From NCBI GenBank assembly GCA_963693365.1, contig CAVNZM010000004.1, positions 5,520,564 to 5,584,563 on the forward strand: DNA of 64,000 nucleotides. Direction: 5' to 3'. The DNA is from Amoebidium appalachense (taxonomy: Eukaryota > Protista > Ichthyosporea). The translations under genes were made by a program, and so were the position numbers. Of this stretch, positions 49,151-64,000 are shown piece after piece. Each line of letters opens with the position of its first letter. The first letter of the stretch is position 1. A model generated the notes under the pieces. The model made no database searches and had not been told where the DNA came from. It saw only the letters and a program-made list of their open reading frames with translations.

Positions 49151-49609
49151 GAGATATGCGGGGGGGCAAGGGAGAATGCTCACCCCATGTTGGTTAATTT
49201 CTATTATGCTATCATGTTAGTACCGAACTTCATCGGTGAACATCGAACACAATGACCTTCACCAATTGCAATACTGCTTGACAATGCCCAGGGCTTTCGG
49301 AAACCCGGTCTATTAAAATCTCTATGCACATGTTCTGGAGCCTCAGGCCAGGCGTCATATTGCCAAAAACATTACCTACCTGAGTATCGGCGAAGAGTGA
49401 ATTTAATCTCAGTGAGAGGTAGGGGCTTGCTCAGGAAAGCAGTGTTCGGCCCGCATGCAGGGAGGGAGGGGAAGGTGGGGGGGGGGGGGGGGGGGGGGGG
49501 GGGGGTGACAGGGGGTATTCATGTGGTACCACGTTGCACACATACCCGCAGCCTCAATATCCTGCTGTACGGGCACGTGTGCTGCTATCACAATTCAGCC
49601 TTGTTTTAG

Positions 49610-49645
<36 letters not shown>

Positions 49646-49797
49646 AGGAGGGGGGGGGGCGGGGAAAGGGGAGGGGGGGGGGGGGGGGACAAGGGGGACA
49701 ATTGCTCAACCTTGATTTTAGCTCCGGGCCCCACGTTACCTGTGGGCGAAGGGTTGATAGAGGGGGCCCGGGGAAGCTGAAAATTTGCAGGGGACCC

Positions 49798-49837
<40 letters not shown>

Positions 49838-50137
49838 TGCATCGAGCCTTGCTATTGCATGATCATGAACCCCGTGATCAGGGCCCGGGCATGCAGCGGT
49901 ATTGTGGCAATGGCCAATCCAAGCCACTTGCTCAAATTCATTGGCCAAGACCAAATGCACCTGTACAATTTAAACATGCATGCTGGTCGTATTTTGCATC
50001 AATAAAATAGGGTTTGGGAGTATATTGTTCCAGTTTCAGCAGTGAAATTCACTTGCCTTTTATATGCAGTAGGAAAAGCAAGTTGGATGGGTGGGTGGTG
50101 GGTCACGTGCCCCCCCCCCCCCCCTCTTTTTTTTTTT

Positions 50138-50168
<31 letters not shown>

Positions 50169-50441
50169 GGACTTAGGAGCCCCTCAGAGAGACAGCATGC
50201 ACCGGTGGCCCGTCGGGAACAGGAAATCACAAAGGAAGATCTCTAGAAAGGCAGCGGATACTTGGCTAGCGAACATGATCAATATGATTGAGCCAAGCGG
50301 GCCCTTCCGACCTGGGGCTTTCGGGGGGGGGGGGGGGGGGGGGGGAGGGGGGGGGGGGGGGGTTTGGCTATGGCTTGTCGGTTGGGGCGGAGCAAGGCTT
50401 GCGAGAGATAAAAAGCCTTTTTATTTTTATTTTTTTTTGCG

Positions 50442-50480
<39 letters not shown>

Positions 50481-53400
50481 TCACTACGAACCAAAAAGCC
50501 ACAGCTAAATTCCCCCCCCCTCCCCCCCTCTCCCCCCCCCCCCCCCCCCCCCCCACACACACACAAAAAAAAAAAAAGCTTCTACCTGAGCAGCTATTTC
50601 AGTGATGAAACGTTGTGTCTGATGATAGCCCCTTCGATACTTGCCAAGTCCTCCCCCCCCTCCCCCTCTCCCCCCCCCTCACCTAGGCCTCCACCTCCCA
50701 ATTATCAAATGCCATGTGGTCAGTGCCCGACTGCCAAAATCGGAAGTGCATCATCCGTTTTTCGCCACGTCTTACAATCAAAGGCTTTAGATTATTGTTA
50801 TTGCACTTTTGCTGGCACCATCGTAAGAGAAAGCGTCAAATTGTGATCACCTGGTGTCAGAAAGTTGCAGGGGGAAAGTGCACAGGGAAAGGGGGGGGGG
50901 GGGGGGGGACCCCAGGTCTGAGTTTGGAGGGGCCCACAGGCCTCATGGCAGATGAAGGGAATGGAAACCCACAAGGACTACTGCATACCTGAACTGGGCG
51001 AGTCTGGATAGTCTAAACCGGCCGTCATTGAAAGTCTGGTTAACCTGACGCTACAATGAGCGCACCGTTGCTCAAAACGGGCATAGGAGTGTGTTTGTGG
51101 CTCTTTGTTTTATATTGTATGTTGTGGTAGTCACAGAGCTTGGATTATCTGGAGGGCGCGGAGGGGGGAGGGGGAAAAGGGGGGAAGAGGGGAGTCAGCT
51201 GAGCCAATTGGTAATCCGGTCTGATCACGGGGAGTCGAGGGAGAACTTCAAGGGGGTGCAGGCTGGGGCTGTTGTGTATTAGTTCGAGAAAAACATAAGA
51301 AGGGAGACATAAGAGTGATATGAAGGGGTCGCAAGAGGGTGACTGACACGACCTAGCTGACATTAATAAGGGGAAGGGGCGGAGGGAGAGACAGGCCGGG
51401 TGCTCGATCCATACTGCACAAAAGGGACTCCGGGGGGCAGGAAGAGTTCCGTCAGTCTATGGAAGGTAGTCAGTGGTAAAAAGGCATGTACATCAAGAGC
51501 AATAACAGGAGCATAACGCGCGGTTTACGTGTTCGTGTGTAGTTTCCCGGTCTTGTGATGTTTATTTAGATGGCAAGGTGCAGGAAAGATCTAGAGCTGT
51601 TCTGTTTCATAGCCATCGATAGCAGGTCAGGTCGGGCAGACGACCCTCCCAGAGTCCTAGAGTAGTTTCTCTTCACGTGTACATACACATATCCTACTAC
51701 CAAGTCGCAGCACAGAATATTAATATGGTGAACCCAGCTGGCCAACCAACGAGGGAAAGCAGTCTAACAAGTACTCAGTCTGCATAGGCTGGCGTCCACT
51801 CCCCACCCTTTTCTCCTGCATATTGGGCCACATGGCAAGTGACTTTTAGTGCACACAGTTATAAATTTCTTGTAGTGGCTACCACATACACAGCACATAT
51901 ATACAGCCACTCGTACCGGTCTTCCGCCGGGCTGTCGGCCTGGCCTGTACATTTGACTCACCACACTGCAGTGACACAGTGCTATTGAAGTATGTAACAT
52001 CATGATCACACCACACAGCGGTTTCAAAAAAATGTGACGCACGCATGATCTGGTTGGCGCGTGTGCCTGTCTGTATGGGCATGATGATGGGTCTCGAATG
52101 TGTGTTATGTGCGACGCAGAGTCAATAACAAACCGCTTTAACCAACAAAAAAATTGAGATCAGTTGCGTATTGGTTCGAATAATAATAATAGAAGTGAAA
52201 CACTGTAGCAGGTCTTGAGTCTTCGAAGTTCAAGCTACAGTACCTAACGTTAAAGACAAAATTATTAGTCTGACTCGCGGTTGTTTTGTTTTCCAAGTGC
52301 GAGACTCACTGAGTGAGTGATACATCTCCGCTGGAGCCTTGCAGTCCAATAGAGAGCCGTAGCACGCACAAAATAAATGTGGAAACAATAGTAAATGCAA
52401 GTGGGAAACAAATTAAATTTGGTTGAATTTCTGCTGGTCCAGGTGGTTTTTTTCCCGATGTTTGGTATGCAAATGATGCGATGCCGCGAATTGATTGGCT
52501 CTACATTGTCCTCCAATGTGATTGGCTTGCTTTGAAAGCTGTGTGGATAGGCCTATCCCACCAAACCTAGCCCAGTGAAATAGGCTGGACCTGTTCCCCG
52601 CAATTTTCCAATGCAGGCGGTGGCACGGTGCCGCAGAGGCTCGCAGTGCTCAGCCTGGTACTCCACACAGTAGCTATCCTAAATCCAAAAATCTCAGCTA
52701 AATACAGAAGCTATCAGGATTCTATCCGCTACATAAAAACAACCATCATGCAAAAATATATCATCTCTGGGGAAATTTATACTTCTTTAGTCACAAGTTA
52801 GTATTCTGAGGATTCCTCAGTCACTCAGTCGAAGTCCGAACCGGTCAGAATTACAGGATTCTTATTTTTCAAAATTTCAGTCCATCGATGCCCCACTAGA
52901 AAGTTTTTGTGTTTGTCGTACGGAAACATTGATTGGCGGATAGCTATTTCGAAATTTTCGAATCATGCAGCTGAGTAGCCCGATGCCTTCTGCGTCAATC
53001 AATACCTGACGGCCACAGAGAGTCCCCAATGCCACAAAAAAAGACGAGGTTCGTTGGTAAAAAGGGTATTCAGAATACACTAGTAAATAGTTTAAATTCA
53101 GTTATACAATCAAAATGTCACCCCTTTAACTTTTGGAAGCATAAAAATGTGTCGACATTTAACTTTTTATGGATTTTGAAGCCTTCTTTTTCCAAATGCA
53201 CATGCCACACACATCGACATGAACGTCATGAAGGTTTAAAAAGTGGCTTTACTCATGCAAGCATGGGTCACCAAGTGGGGTATAGGGGGAATACCTGAAG
53301 TGGTTCGAGAGACTAATCAGATCGCGGGAATTTCAGGGAGATAAAGTGCCTCCGAGCAACTTGGTCCGGCATGCGCACTTGTCCTGCCAGAGGTAATCTA

Positions 53401-54104
53401 CAATTACAGACACTATCACTGTCTATTCCAACCTATGGGTTGTCGGTAAGATATAATTGGTGACGTCAAACCGTTTAGACTATCCCCTTCGACTGTCTGC
53501 CACTGGGGTGACTGGTCCCTGTCCGAGTTTCAACCTGATCACGTACGCCTTGCAGCTTGGCTTGACACACATTGACACCGGCACTGTAGCAGTGCCACGT
53601 GTGCTAATAATAGGCCCTCTCCCTTTTGGCAGGTACCGCCGTAAACACAGATCAGCTGGGTAGTCAAAAAAGTTCTTGGAAAACTCACAATCACTATAGG
53701 TTGTACACATGTAGAGGTATATACGTAGCTTATTCGCACATATTAGGTCATTCACATAGTAAGATCAGTCTAGCAATAAGGGGAAGGAGGAAAATAGTGC
53801 AGCAATACAATGCCTGCAGGATAGGACCACATCAACCACATCCCCCTGTTCTCAGAATTATTTTGGCTGTTGTGCACACAGCTAGCCCCCCCTCCTCCAC
53901 TCTTTTGCCCAGCAGCGAGCAACAGGGTGCCCACAGCCTTGAGTTACACCTGCAGGTGGGTGCACGTGGTGCGTCAGTGGTTGCACGGGCATAGAGAGAG
54001 CTGCAAAGTATACATACAGGCAGTGGTCAACGAGTGATTAAACGTTTTCATTAGCACGTTTTTGACCCCTCCTTTACCTTTCCCCCCCCCCCCCCCCCCC
54101 TTGC

Positions 54105-54162
<58 letters not shown>

Positions 54163-56577
54163 GCACGCACGCACGCACACACACGCACACACAAACAAAA
54201 CAAAACAAAACAAAAAAAAAGAGCTGCGCATTTCCAACGGGCATTCAAACATATACGCTGCCCCTGCACAAAAACACCCAGGTCAAATTTTAATCAAGCG
54301 TGCTTTTCCAACTCTCTGACTACATTCAGTCATATACTAGCTTAGCAGGGAGGACTGTGTGGGTGTTTCTTTCCTCCATCCTTTTTGGTCTCAACTCTTC
54401 TTAATTATTCTCGTCTTGATTCCTCTTTTTTTTTTTTTTTTTTTTTCCCCCTTACGGGCTTTGTGTTGGTTGTTTGCAAAGGAGGACTAAACAAAATTAG
54501 GCATACTCGCACCCCATTTATACACACACTAGCTTGGGATACTATTTCTTCCCGCTTAGCTCGTGCGAATTTTTATGCGAAGAACATGGCAATGAGAGCA
54601 TCTGGGAGGATTGGCTTGCAGGGCTCGAGCGCCTTGTGTGGGTGTTATACTGTTTGCAGGGTGTGTGAAAGTGTTTGTACGACTGTGTGTGCCTCCGTGC
54701 GAGCAATAGTGTTAGGATGAGGCAGGAGTATGGTCGTGTGTGCCTGTGGAGGTGTGTGTGTGTGTGTGTGTGTGCGTATGTGTGTGTGTGTGTGTCTGCG
54801 TGCGCATGTGTGTGTGTGTGTGGCCAAAGTTATGCATAAAAACCGTGCACAAGATTGTTGTTTACGCGTGCTTCTGCGCGCAAAAAAATATGCGCGCAGA
54901 CTGCACGCTTTTAAAGCACAAGTACATTTTGTGTTTTGGCATGTGTACGTTTTGGGTGCGAGCAATACGTGTTACGATGGTAGAGGTTATGTGTGTGTGT
55001 GCTTGGGCATTGTTTCTTTATGTGGTGTGTGCGTACATACGATGCTTGTTTACACACCAAATACATACAGGCACATGCTTAAGGCACACACGAGTAATGA
55101 TAATACAGTAGTGCATGGCAAGCTATATTTGCACTGCTCTATGCTGGTCTCGTCTTTCTGCTTGTCATGAGTGTGTGCGCACATGCCATGCAAGTAGTGT
55201 TATTATTTTATTTTTTATTTTATTTTTTTTGGGGGGGGGGGGGGGGCACTTCGTTTTCCGCACGAGTGTGTGTGTGCGCGACACACACACACAGCGAGAG
55301 AGAACAAGAAAAAACTATAGACGCGCGTACAGGCCCCGGCTTTCCAGGTTTTCTGTGCTTCCTCCAACAACCCGTGGTTGGTATGGGGGGTTCTTTGGGA
55401 TAATTTTTTTGGAGGGGGGTCCGCAAACTTTATTTGGGGTTTCCAGTTTAAAGAAAATTGTGTTATGTCGAAAGTGGCATGTTAACCCAGCTTTATTGAA
55501 ATGGTTGGTGGCACACAAAGTATGCAACATAATATCTGCAGACCGCCAAGAAACGGCAGAAATAGTGGGAAGCATTTTCACTTTATATTTGCACATCAAG
55601 AAAATTTACTTCGATGTTTGTGGCTTCAATAGGCAACGGCGGTAGGCGATTCTTTCCTTTTCGTTTGGGGTATTCATAAGGGCCTGCTTCGTGTATGCCG
55701 AACGTTGTTCAAGCACATGTACATATGCTGCCTTCCATTTGTTTATTTATTTTTAGGGGGGGAGACATGGCATGGTCGCCTCTCAGGCTCTTGCACAAAC
55801 AAGAGACTGTGCATATCCATGACCTCGCCTATAATAAAAAACAAGGGGATGGCACAGACACTAATATGGAGGGCAGCAGGGCTAGGTGGACCGAGATGAC
55901 GCAGCAGGCACGGTGGCAGCCAGCACACCTGTGACTGTAGGCGCACACACACACACGGGCAGGGGGGCACATGCACGCACGGCACTAAACATGCGCACAC
56001 AAACAGCACCCTGGAAAGGCATACCACAGCCACACCTACACTGGCAGGCAAAGGCATAACAGCAACACGCGCACGCGCACAAACACACCCCTAAGAGACA
56101 AAATCACATGGGGTACGCAAGGGCCAGATTTAATGGTTGTTGTGCAGAAGGGCTATGCATATGTCGCAGTTCACGGCTTTTGGATACCCGATTTTTTGGC
56201 CATGGCTGTGGTTGGAACCTTTATGTGTTGTAGTCAAAACCTGGGAGGTTAAGACACCATCTTGGAAACCGGCTGTTGGCTAGGTGCAAAGCGAAGCTGC
56301 AAACTTCATTTAGCAAGCCCATAATGCACATCCCGTTCATGGCAACTGGCTGTTACCAAGACAAGCCTTAGAAAAGCAACGAATTGTGGGAAAGAAATTT
56401 TTTTTATGTCTCTCCTTTTTTTCTCGGGATCCTTTGGGGTATATTGCATGCAAAGTACTGCCGTATGGAAGAAAAGCATTGGGCTTTCAACATTTCCAGC
56501 TTGCTAATTTTTATCGCGACATCTAGCTGACAGACAAACGAGGGCATTAACTTTGGAGCTGCAGGCACGGAATCAAC

Positions 56578-57879
56578 ATGAGTGGCAGGCTGCTGCGGTG
56601 TGCCGTGGTGGCCCTCGCTGCTGCAGCACACGGACAAGGTGGGCCACACACACACACACACACACATACACACACACAAAAAAAAAAAACAATACGCACG
56701 AGCAAGGAGCCTGTGTAGCTGCAGTTAGCTGTGTGGGTGTGCCCAAACCAGGTATGCTACTGACCAGGCGGGCCTGCAGATACAACAAGCAGCGGTCCGG
56801 ATTGCAGCACAGCCCCAAAAGTAGCAGCCGGTCCAGGCACAACAATACAATGGTGCCCCCCCCCCCCCCCCCCCCCCCCCGGCCACCACCTCCACTCCAC
56901 CCTCCCCACATGAAAACAATTGAAGGTGAAAGATAAGGTCCTTGGGAAGGAAATAGGATCACTAAGCAAACACGTGAGCATTAGCAGCAGTTGCTATGTT
57001 GCACCAGAAGAGAGCATGCATGCACCCAGTGCTGACCGTTGCCGTGCAGTGGGGCCAGCGTGTCCAGTGAAGCCCATGTGGGCGCCAACACCACCATCGA
57101 GGCCGGGGCCACAGTACATGGTGGGCAGTGGGTGGACAGCAGCAGCCTGCAGCCCAACAGCAGCAGCGGCAACACCGTGCTGCCCGTGGAGGCCTGGGTG
57201 CTGGCAGCCAACACCAGTGTCGGCCAGGACCAGTTCCCCCCAGACTGGGCCCTACAGGCCCCCGCCACCCTGCTGCTGCCCAACAGCACCAATGCCACCG
57301 GCCCCCTGACCAGCGGTGCGGCCCTGTGCCCAACCATGCTGGGCCTGCACTGGCGGCTCGAGGACTCGGCCCAGGCCCCAGCCGACACGGACAGCCCAGC
57401 CTGGCAGTGGGCGGCTGCAGGGGAGGGGGTGCAGGCCCCCAGGGCACTGCTGTGGCACAGCGGGGGCCCTCAACAGCTGCGGCTGGGTGGTCTGCTATTG
57501 CAGGCCGGGCTGGGTGCAAACAGCACACTGGCCTGTGGGCAAAGCCAGCCAGCCTGCGAGGCCCCGGCCGACCTAGTGGCCGGCAGCCTGCTGGGTGCCG
57601 CCGTGCTGGGGGCCAACGGCACAGCGGCAAGCCTGGTCAACACCACCACGGACAGTGGCGTTCACGTGGCCTGCAGCCCCGCAACAGCCCAGCCTGCTGG
57701 CGCCTGCGGGCTGCAGCCGGGGGCAACGCTGGGCAGCAGCGTGGCGGTGGGGGGCCAGCGCACGGTGGTGGTCAGTGCCGTGGCCAGCAGCATCGGCAAC
57801 GACAGCGTGCTGGGCGACCTGCTGCTGGTGGGTGTGCCTGCAGCCAGACACGGGCGGCACACGTGGCCACATGCTAACA

Positions 57880-57910
<31 letters not shown>

Positions 57911-59794
57911 GGTGACGGTGGAGAACACGTTCAGCAGCTACAACGGCACGGTCAACGCCAGCAGCACGGTTGACAACAGCAGCACCCCCCTGGACCCCCC
58001 TGTGGCCCCCCTGCTGACGGCCAATGTGACGGCCAGCAGTTATGTGGCCCTGCACAACGTGGCCATCGGTCCCGGCAACCGGCTGGCAGGGGGCCATGTG
58101 GTGCTGGCCATCAACGCCAGCACCAGTGGCGCCCACAACCTGCAGGTGCTGACGTCACTGGTGGCCATCAACAGCACGCTGGGCAGCCACAACATCCTGG
58201 CCCACATGGACCCTGGGCATGTGGCGCTGGTGGCCTGTGTGGTGGACACGTGCAACGTGCTGGCCGGCAACCTGACGGCCATTCTGGCCGAGCTGGGCAC
58301 CAACAACACCGTGGCCAGGGGTGCGCTGGTCTACTCGACCGTGGGCAGTGATAACAGGCTGGGCCCTGGCCTGCTGCTGGTCAATGCCACCCTGGGCAGT
58401 GCCAACCACATGCACCCCCACGTGCCGGGCCCCAGTGACCCCCTGCAGCTGCTGCTTGGTGGCCTGCTGCCTGTGACGTGGAACACCAGCATGGCCTACG
58501 GGGCCAACCTCACGGCCCTGCCCAGCGGCCAGCCCGTGGGGCGCCGGCTTGTGCTCAACCGCAGCGACGAGGTAGATGAGCCAATCAATGCCACGGCCAG
58601 TGATGTGGATGCCCTGGGCCTGGCCCTGGCCTGGGCCCACCAGGACGTGCGCAGCCCCACGGCCCTTGCAGCCCTGCGCTTTGTGGCCTGGCAGTTGGCC
58701 GATGGGCCGGACGGCGGCAGCAGCACCGTGGCCAACAGCACCATCGGCAGCAACAACACTTTTGGTGGCCCCCTGCCCCCCAGCTCCCTGGCCCCCCTGC
58801 CAGAGTGCCAGCCCTCCCCACCCATCGGAGAGTCCACCACGTCCACAGCCACACCCAGCGACTCAGCCAGCAGCCCCGTGGCACCGGCCTACCGGTCCCT
58901 GGCCCTGTACCGGGCATCCCGCCAAGCCGACGCAGCCAACAGCACCGGGCAGGGGGCCGAGGGCCAGGTGCGGCTGGCACTGGTCAACAGCAGTATGGGT
59001 GACGGCAACAGCGTGCGCTGTTCCACGTGGGGGTCAGGCAGTGCCCTGGCCGTGCACAGCGTGTTTGCCGCCACCGACAGCAGCATCAACGCCACCAACG
59101 TTTTTGGCTGCCCCGACACCGTGCTGCATGCCCCTGTGCCCAGCACCGCGTGCCCACCGGGCCGCTATCCATCCACCGCTGCAGCCAGCCTGCTTGGGGC
59201 CGGGCTGGGCCAGGCGCCAGGGCAGGTGGCTGTTGTTTCTGTGGTGCTGCTGGACGGGTCCACCGTGGGCAGCAACAATACCTTTGGCTGCCCTCCTGAG
59301 CCCGCAGCCAGTGCCGACGACCCGTGCCCGGTCAGTGGGCCGGCCGGCAACGACAACAGCAGCAGCCACGTGCTGGTCACGTGGCACGGCATTGTGCGCA
59401 GCACCCTGGGCAGCGCCAACAGCCTGGGCTGTGCACGGGGCCTGCTGCCGGCCGTGGTGGCCAACCCAGCCCTGTTCCCGTCCCTGTCGGTGGGCGCAGG
59501 TGCCGACGGCGGCACGGTGGTGGCTCGGGTGGCGGCCAACATCAGCATTGCAGACAGCGTGCTGGGTGATGCAAACGTGCTAGGCCCTAGCGGCACCATG
59601 GCCCGTGTGCGCATGGCCGGGGGCAACCGGCTGGGCTCGGGGTTTGTGCTGGGCAGCGCCCTGCCTGCAGGCTGCACCGTGCCCATGCCCGTGCAGATGG
59701 CCGTCACAGACCAGGCCGTGGCCAGGCAAGTCTCCGGTCCCCATAGTGTTTGCTGAGTGGCTGCTGTGTTTATGCCGAACTTACATGCCCCCTC

Positions 59795-59825
<31 letters not shown>

Positions 59826-62800
59826 AAAACCATGCAGTGCTCAAAATGATGGATGGATTGTCATTGGCGACGGCAACATATTCGGCGACAACGTGTGGAT
59901 CGAGCCCGGTGTTGTGATTGGCGACCACAACAAGTTTGCCGCCAACACGCGGGTGCGAAGGGGAACGGTCATTGGCAGCCGCCGCACCGTCAACCAGCCC
60001 TGCCTGATGGCTGTCGTACCTGGCCCCAAGACCACCACCCCCCGCCCCAGCCCCCCGGCACCAACCCCTCTGCCTGCACCCCGCACCTCCGCGCCACCGC
60101 CACTGCCACGCACGCCCACACCCTCCCCTGCACCGGTGCCTGTTTCCCTGTCCCCTCTGGCTGTGCCCTCGCCCGCACCACCGACTTTCACAGCCACCGT
60201 GGCCCATGTGTGGTCTGAGTGGACCGTGGGTACGTGTGACTGCGAGGCTGGGGGGGGTGCGCACGGACACACGCACATGCAGTGGTGGCCGCCCAGGCAT
60301 CGACTGTGCGGGGGCAGACACCCAGCGCCTTTCCTGCGCCTCTACCTGTGAGTGTGAACACATCCCCCTCCCCCCCCCCCCCCCCCCCCTCCCCTCCTTG
60401 CCCGGGCCTTTCTGACCGTCTGGGGTTGCAGGCTGGAGTGGCTGGTCACTTGATGCCACCGGCTGCCAGGTTGGCTGCAGTGTGCCGGCTGCCCGGGTGT
60501 GGCGGCGAAGCTGTGACGACTGTGTGCCCTCCTACCAGGAGAGGAGAGAGTCGTGCCCTGCCCCACTCAGCTGCCGTAAGTCCCAGCCCTCCCCCCTTTT
60601 CCGAGCCCCGCCTACCCCCCATGCTGACTGTGGGGCACAGCATCCAATGTGGCCATCGAGTTCCAGGGCAGCTGCCTGGATGCGGCCAGGAGGGAGGAGT
60701 TTGTGCAGCAGCAGGCCGCCAGTCTGGGCCTGGACGTGGCCACGGTCAAGGCCCAGGCCATCAGCTGCAACGGCGCAAGGAGGAGGAGGAGGGATGCTGT
60801 TGACCCGGGCATGGTGCGTGGCCCTGGGAGATGGTGGGGGGGGGGGCAGGCAGGGGCTGACTGGTGGTGCCTGCAGGTGCGGCTGCAGTTTGTGTTCACG
60901 GTAGGGGCTCTGCAGGCCATGCAGGCCAGCATCAGGAACCCAGCAAGCACCTTGGCTGCCTTCTACCGCAATGTGTCCGCCACCCTGGTATGTCCCGTGC
61001 TGCATGCTCTTTGTGTGTGCTCGGCAACTGCTGCACGGTGTTGTCCGCTGTGCATGTGCACTGGGTACTGTATTGCATTCTCAACACTCCCCCGTCTCTG
61101 TCCCTGGGTGCTTGTGCTGACGCCGGGGCTGCAGGTGGGGCACGAGGAGCAGGACCCAACGACCAAGGCCCCCTACGAGGCCCTGGCCCGGTTCAACCGC
61201 AACACGGCCGGTAACGGGCAGACAGAGACCGTCATCCTGCGCATCTCCTTCCCCACAGCCCTGGCTGGTGTGGGCTCGTGGGACAGCTTCAACTTTGCAT
61301 CGTGGGCCGCCAGCTTTGCCAGCCGTGTGGGGCTGCGGTCTGACGAGTACACTCGACTCAGTGCGTGGAACCGCACAGCCAGCAGGGACATGATCGTCAC
61401 CCTGGCAATGACCCCGGCTGCGGCCGAGGGCCTGGGCCAGGTGATGGGCCAGGGCACACCCATAAGAGGCATCAAGCCAGGCGAGATCACCTTGATGGAT
61501 GCATCCTCGGCCACATATGGTGGGTGGGGCACGGGGTGAGGGGCAGGGGACAGTGGGGGGGTACGGCGTGCTGACTGTGGCTGTAGACCTCAACGAGTGT
61601 GAGCTGGGCATCTCGTCGTGCAGCAAGCAGGCCACATGCGGCAACACCATCGGCAGCTTCTTCTGTGTGTGCAATAAGGGCTACACGGGCAGCGGTGTCA
61701 GCTGTGCCCCGGACGGCTCACGTATGAACCCCAGGCCCAGGCTGGGTGGGTGGTGTGTCTGGTGGTGCACTGACTGTGCGCACCTACCAAACAGCCATAG
61801 ACGGGGGCTGGAGTGAGTGGCAGGGCGAGTGCCAGTACGTGTCCAGTGCACGCTGTGGGGTCGGCACCCGGCTGCTGCGGCGCACATGCACCAACCCGGC
61901 ACCCCTCAATGGCGGCCAGCCCTGCCCTGGCCCTTCCACCATGGTGCCTGAAACAAGCACCTGCTTCGATGCCTGCCGTATGTGCCTGCTGGCTGCTGGG
62001 TGGGTGGGGGGTGGAGGTGGGGTGCTAACAGTGTGCCACAGAACAATGTGCCCTGCCGCGCTACACATACCTGCCCGAGCTGGGGCGCTGCTACGGGCTG
62101 CAGGAGGGCACGGCCGGCTACCCTTTAGCCGTGCAGTACTGCCACTTTGCCATCCCGGCAAGCCCCGGCAAGGCCCGTCTGCTGACGTACGTGCACCTGT
62201 GTGTCTGCATGGGTGTGCGTGTGTTGTGTCTGCCACACACTGTGCACGTGTGGCCGTGTCAATTGTGTGTGCACTGTGGGCTAGTGGCTGACCCCCCCCC
62301 CCCCCCCCCCCCAGGTTGGCCAACGAAGGCGAGTATCGGGCCGTGTGGGCACTGCTCAAGGCGGCGCTGCCCAAAGAGTCTGCTCCCATCTGGCTGGGCC
62401 TGTCCTACCAGGGGGCAAACGGTAGGTGGCAGCCCATGTGTGCATAGCCCCTGCTTAGATGTGTGCATATGCATATGTGCCCTGCATGCCCCTGCCCAGA
62501 TATATCTGTGTGAACCTGTATGTGTGCATATGCATATGTGCCCTGCATGCCCCTGCCCAGATATATCTGTGTGAACCTGTATGGGTGTGTACGTGTGTGT
62601 ATTGGGCCTGTCTGGGTGTGTGCTGACACGGGCACGTGCAGGGCCACTGGAGGGTGCAGTGATCGAGTGTGCTGGCATGAGCGATGCTGCCTGTGTGGCG
62701 CACATGCGCAGCCTGGTAGGTGGCGTGAAAGGGGCTAGGGCCTGCAGGGTGGTTGGGTGCTGACTGGGCTGGGCAGTGGCCGAGTGGGGGGGTGTGGACA

Positions 62801-62986
62801 AACAGCAAGGGCCTCGGTGCTACGGGATATGCACCGTGGGAGGATGGTAAGGCACCCCCTGTTGGTGTGTGTGGCCTGCACATCTCCTTGGCTGCCTCAA
62901 GGTGGTCTTGGGGTGCTTGCATATTCGGTGGTTTACTTGTACCTCCCCACTCAATGCATGTCTTATCCGTCCATCCCGTCCCTTAT

Positions 62987-63021
<35 letters not shown>

Positions 63022-63395
63022 TTCCATGCAACCGGGCATGGTTGCTCTGTGTCGTGCATCTGTAAGCACATACGCATTTTCCGCTGCACTGCATTAGTTT
63101 GCACATACATATTCACCGTTTTGCTCACCTTGCTTGCATAAGCAACCCTGCTCGTCTTTGATCAAGACGGGTTGACCCTCCCAAGTTCAGTTGATGCTGC
63201 TGTCTGAGTTGGAGAGTCGTATAGGGGGGGTCGAAACTCAGACGCAATTGATGACTTGGGCCCTCCCTGAGGATGGGCTCTGCTTATGACGCATACTGTG
63301 CGCATGGCTGATGTTGCATACTTGAATGTTTGCCTTTGCATGTGTCCTTCGTGTATGCGTACTTCGTACCGTGTTCCGCATTCAAACCCCCCCCC

Positions 63396-63442
<47 letters not shown>

Positions 63443-64000
63443 GCACGCGCACCCTGCATACGGACACACTGTGTGCATTTGCACGTGCCACTCCCTGACC
63501 ATCTGCCTTCTAGGCTTTCCGCGCAACGGCTACCCCCCTTGGCAACAGGCCACATCCTACGGCCTTCTTCCCCTTCAACCCGACAGCTGCAGGCCCAGCC
63601 CCGTGGAGGGACTCACGCATCAACGACCAAACAGGGGCCCTGGAGTTGAGACGGGTTGTGTGCGAGTTGGGTAGGTGCACGTGTCTGTGTCACACTGGGT
63701 GGGTGGGTGCATGTGTGCATGGTTTGTCTTGTGTTGGGGCATGTGCTGTAGGTGCATGGGTGTGTTTTAGGTGCAGCTGCGTGGGTATGGCTGTTTCTGC
63801 GACTGCCTGCATGTGTGGCGATTCAGTCTTCTGTCTGATTATGAATGGGCCGGGGATTGGCTGAGGGCTGGCAGTGCGACACAGATAGGTACAACACACT
63901 TTTTAATGATGCTTTCTCCGGCCAACAGATGCATCGTAGGGCGGGGCAGCTACCATGCCGGCATGAATGAAGACAACACTAGGCCACCATGTGGGCCTGT
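56578..64000 (+). CDS. Large secreted multi-exon protein B (paralog of A): beta-solenoid stalk, Pro-rich linker, TSP1-like, SEA-like with furin site, Ca-EGF, TSP1, C-type lectin; runs off the window
   Basis: Signal peptide MSGRLLRCAVVALAAAAHG. GSNNTFG turns. RRRRR at ~60778. DLNECELGISSCSKQATCGNTIGSFFCVC. DGGWSEW. GRCYGL...AVQYC...LANEGEYRAV...IWLGL (C-type lectin). Confidence 0.85.
62464..62582. repeat. ~60-bp tandem duplication, intronic
   Basis: TGCATATGCATATGTGCCCTGCATGCCCCTGCCCAGATATATCTGTGTGAACCTGTATG twice. Confidence 0.85.

Noticed and set aside
49200-56500. Genes in the spacer between the paralogs
   Set aside because: Only short ORFs without motifs or codon bias. I can support no feature there.

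Overview
Eukaryotic genomic DNA with four zones. The short GT-AG introns with CTRAC branch points and the TSP1/EGF/C-type-lectin genes suggest a unicellular opisthokont such as an ichthyosporean-like holozoan; this taxon call is inference. (1) 1-598: a 22-bp tandem array embedding CCCTAA, oriented like a left telomere. (2) ~650-16100: a dense, apparently intronless, virus-like island encoding an SF3 (DUF5906/D5-like) helicase, a patatin phospholipase, a Fic protein, two C2H2 zinc-finger proteins, a tandem double-MYND protein, and several coiled-coil, basic or membrane ORFs. It has CCAAT/TATA promoters, an iteron-like region behind the helicase and GC-rich direct repeats bracketing gene cassettes. 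No capsid, polymerase or integrase gene is visible. (3) 16100-36000: repeat-rich DNA with a truncated LTR element, a ~165-bp satellite split by a TIR insertion, a palindromic ~20-bp minisatellite, a young 3.6-kb non-autonomous LTR element (481-bp LTRs, CCATT target-site duplication), another TIR element and microsatellites. (4) 36000-64000: two tandem paralogous multi-exon genes for very large secreted proteins. They share a beta-solenoid stalk, TSP1-like, SEA-like/furin and EGF core but carry different C-terminal tips (2 hevein-like + 10 TSP1 versus TSP1 + C-type lectin). Several frameshifts sit in homopolymers and may be assembly errors.
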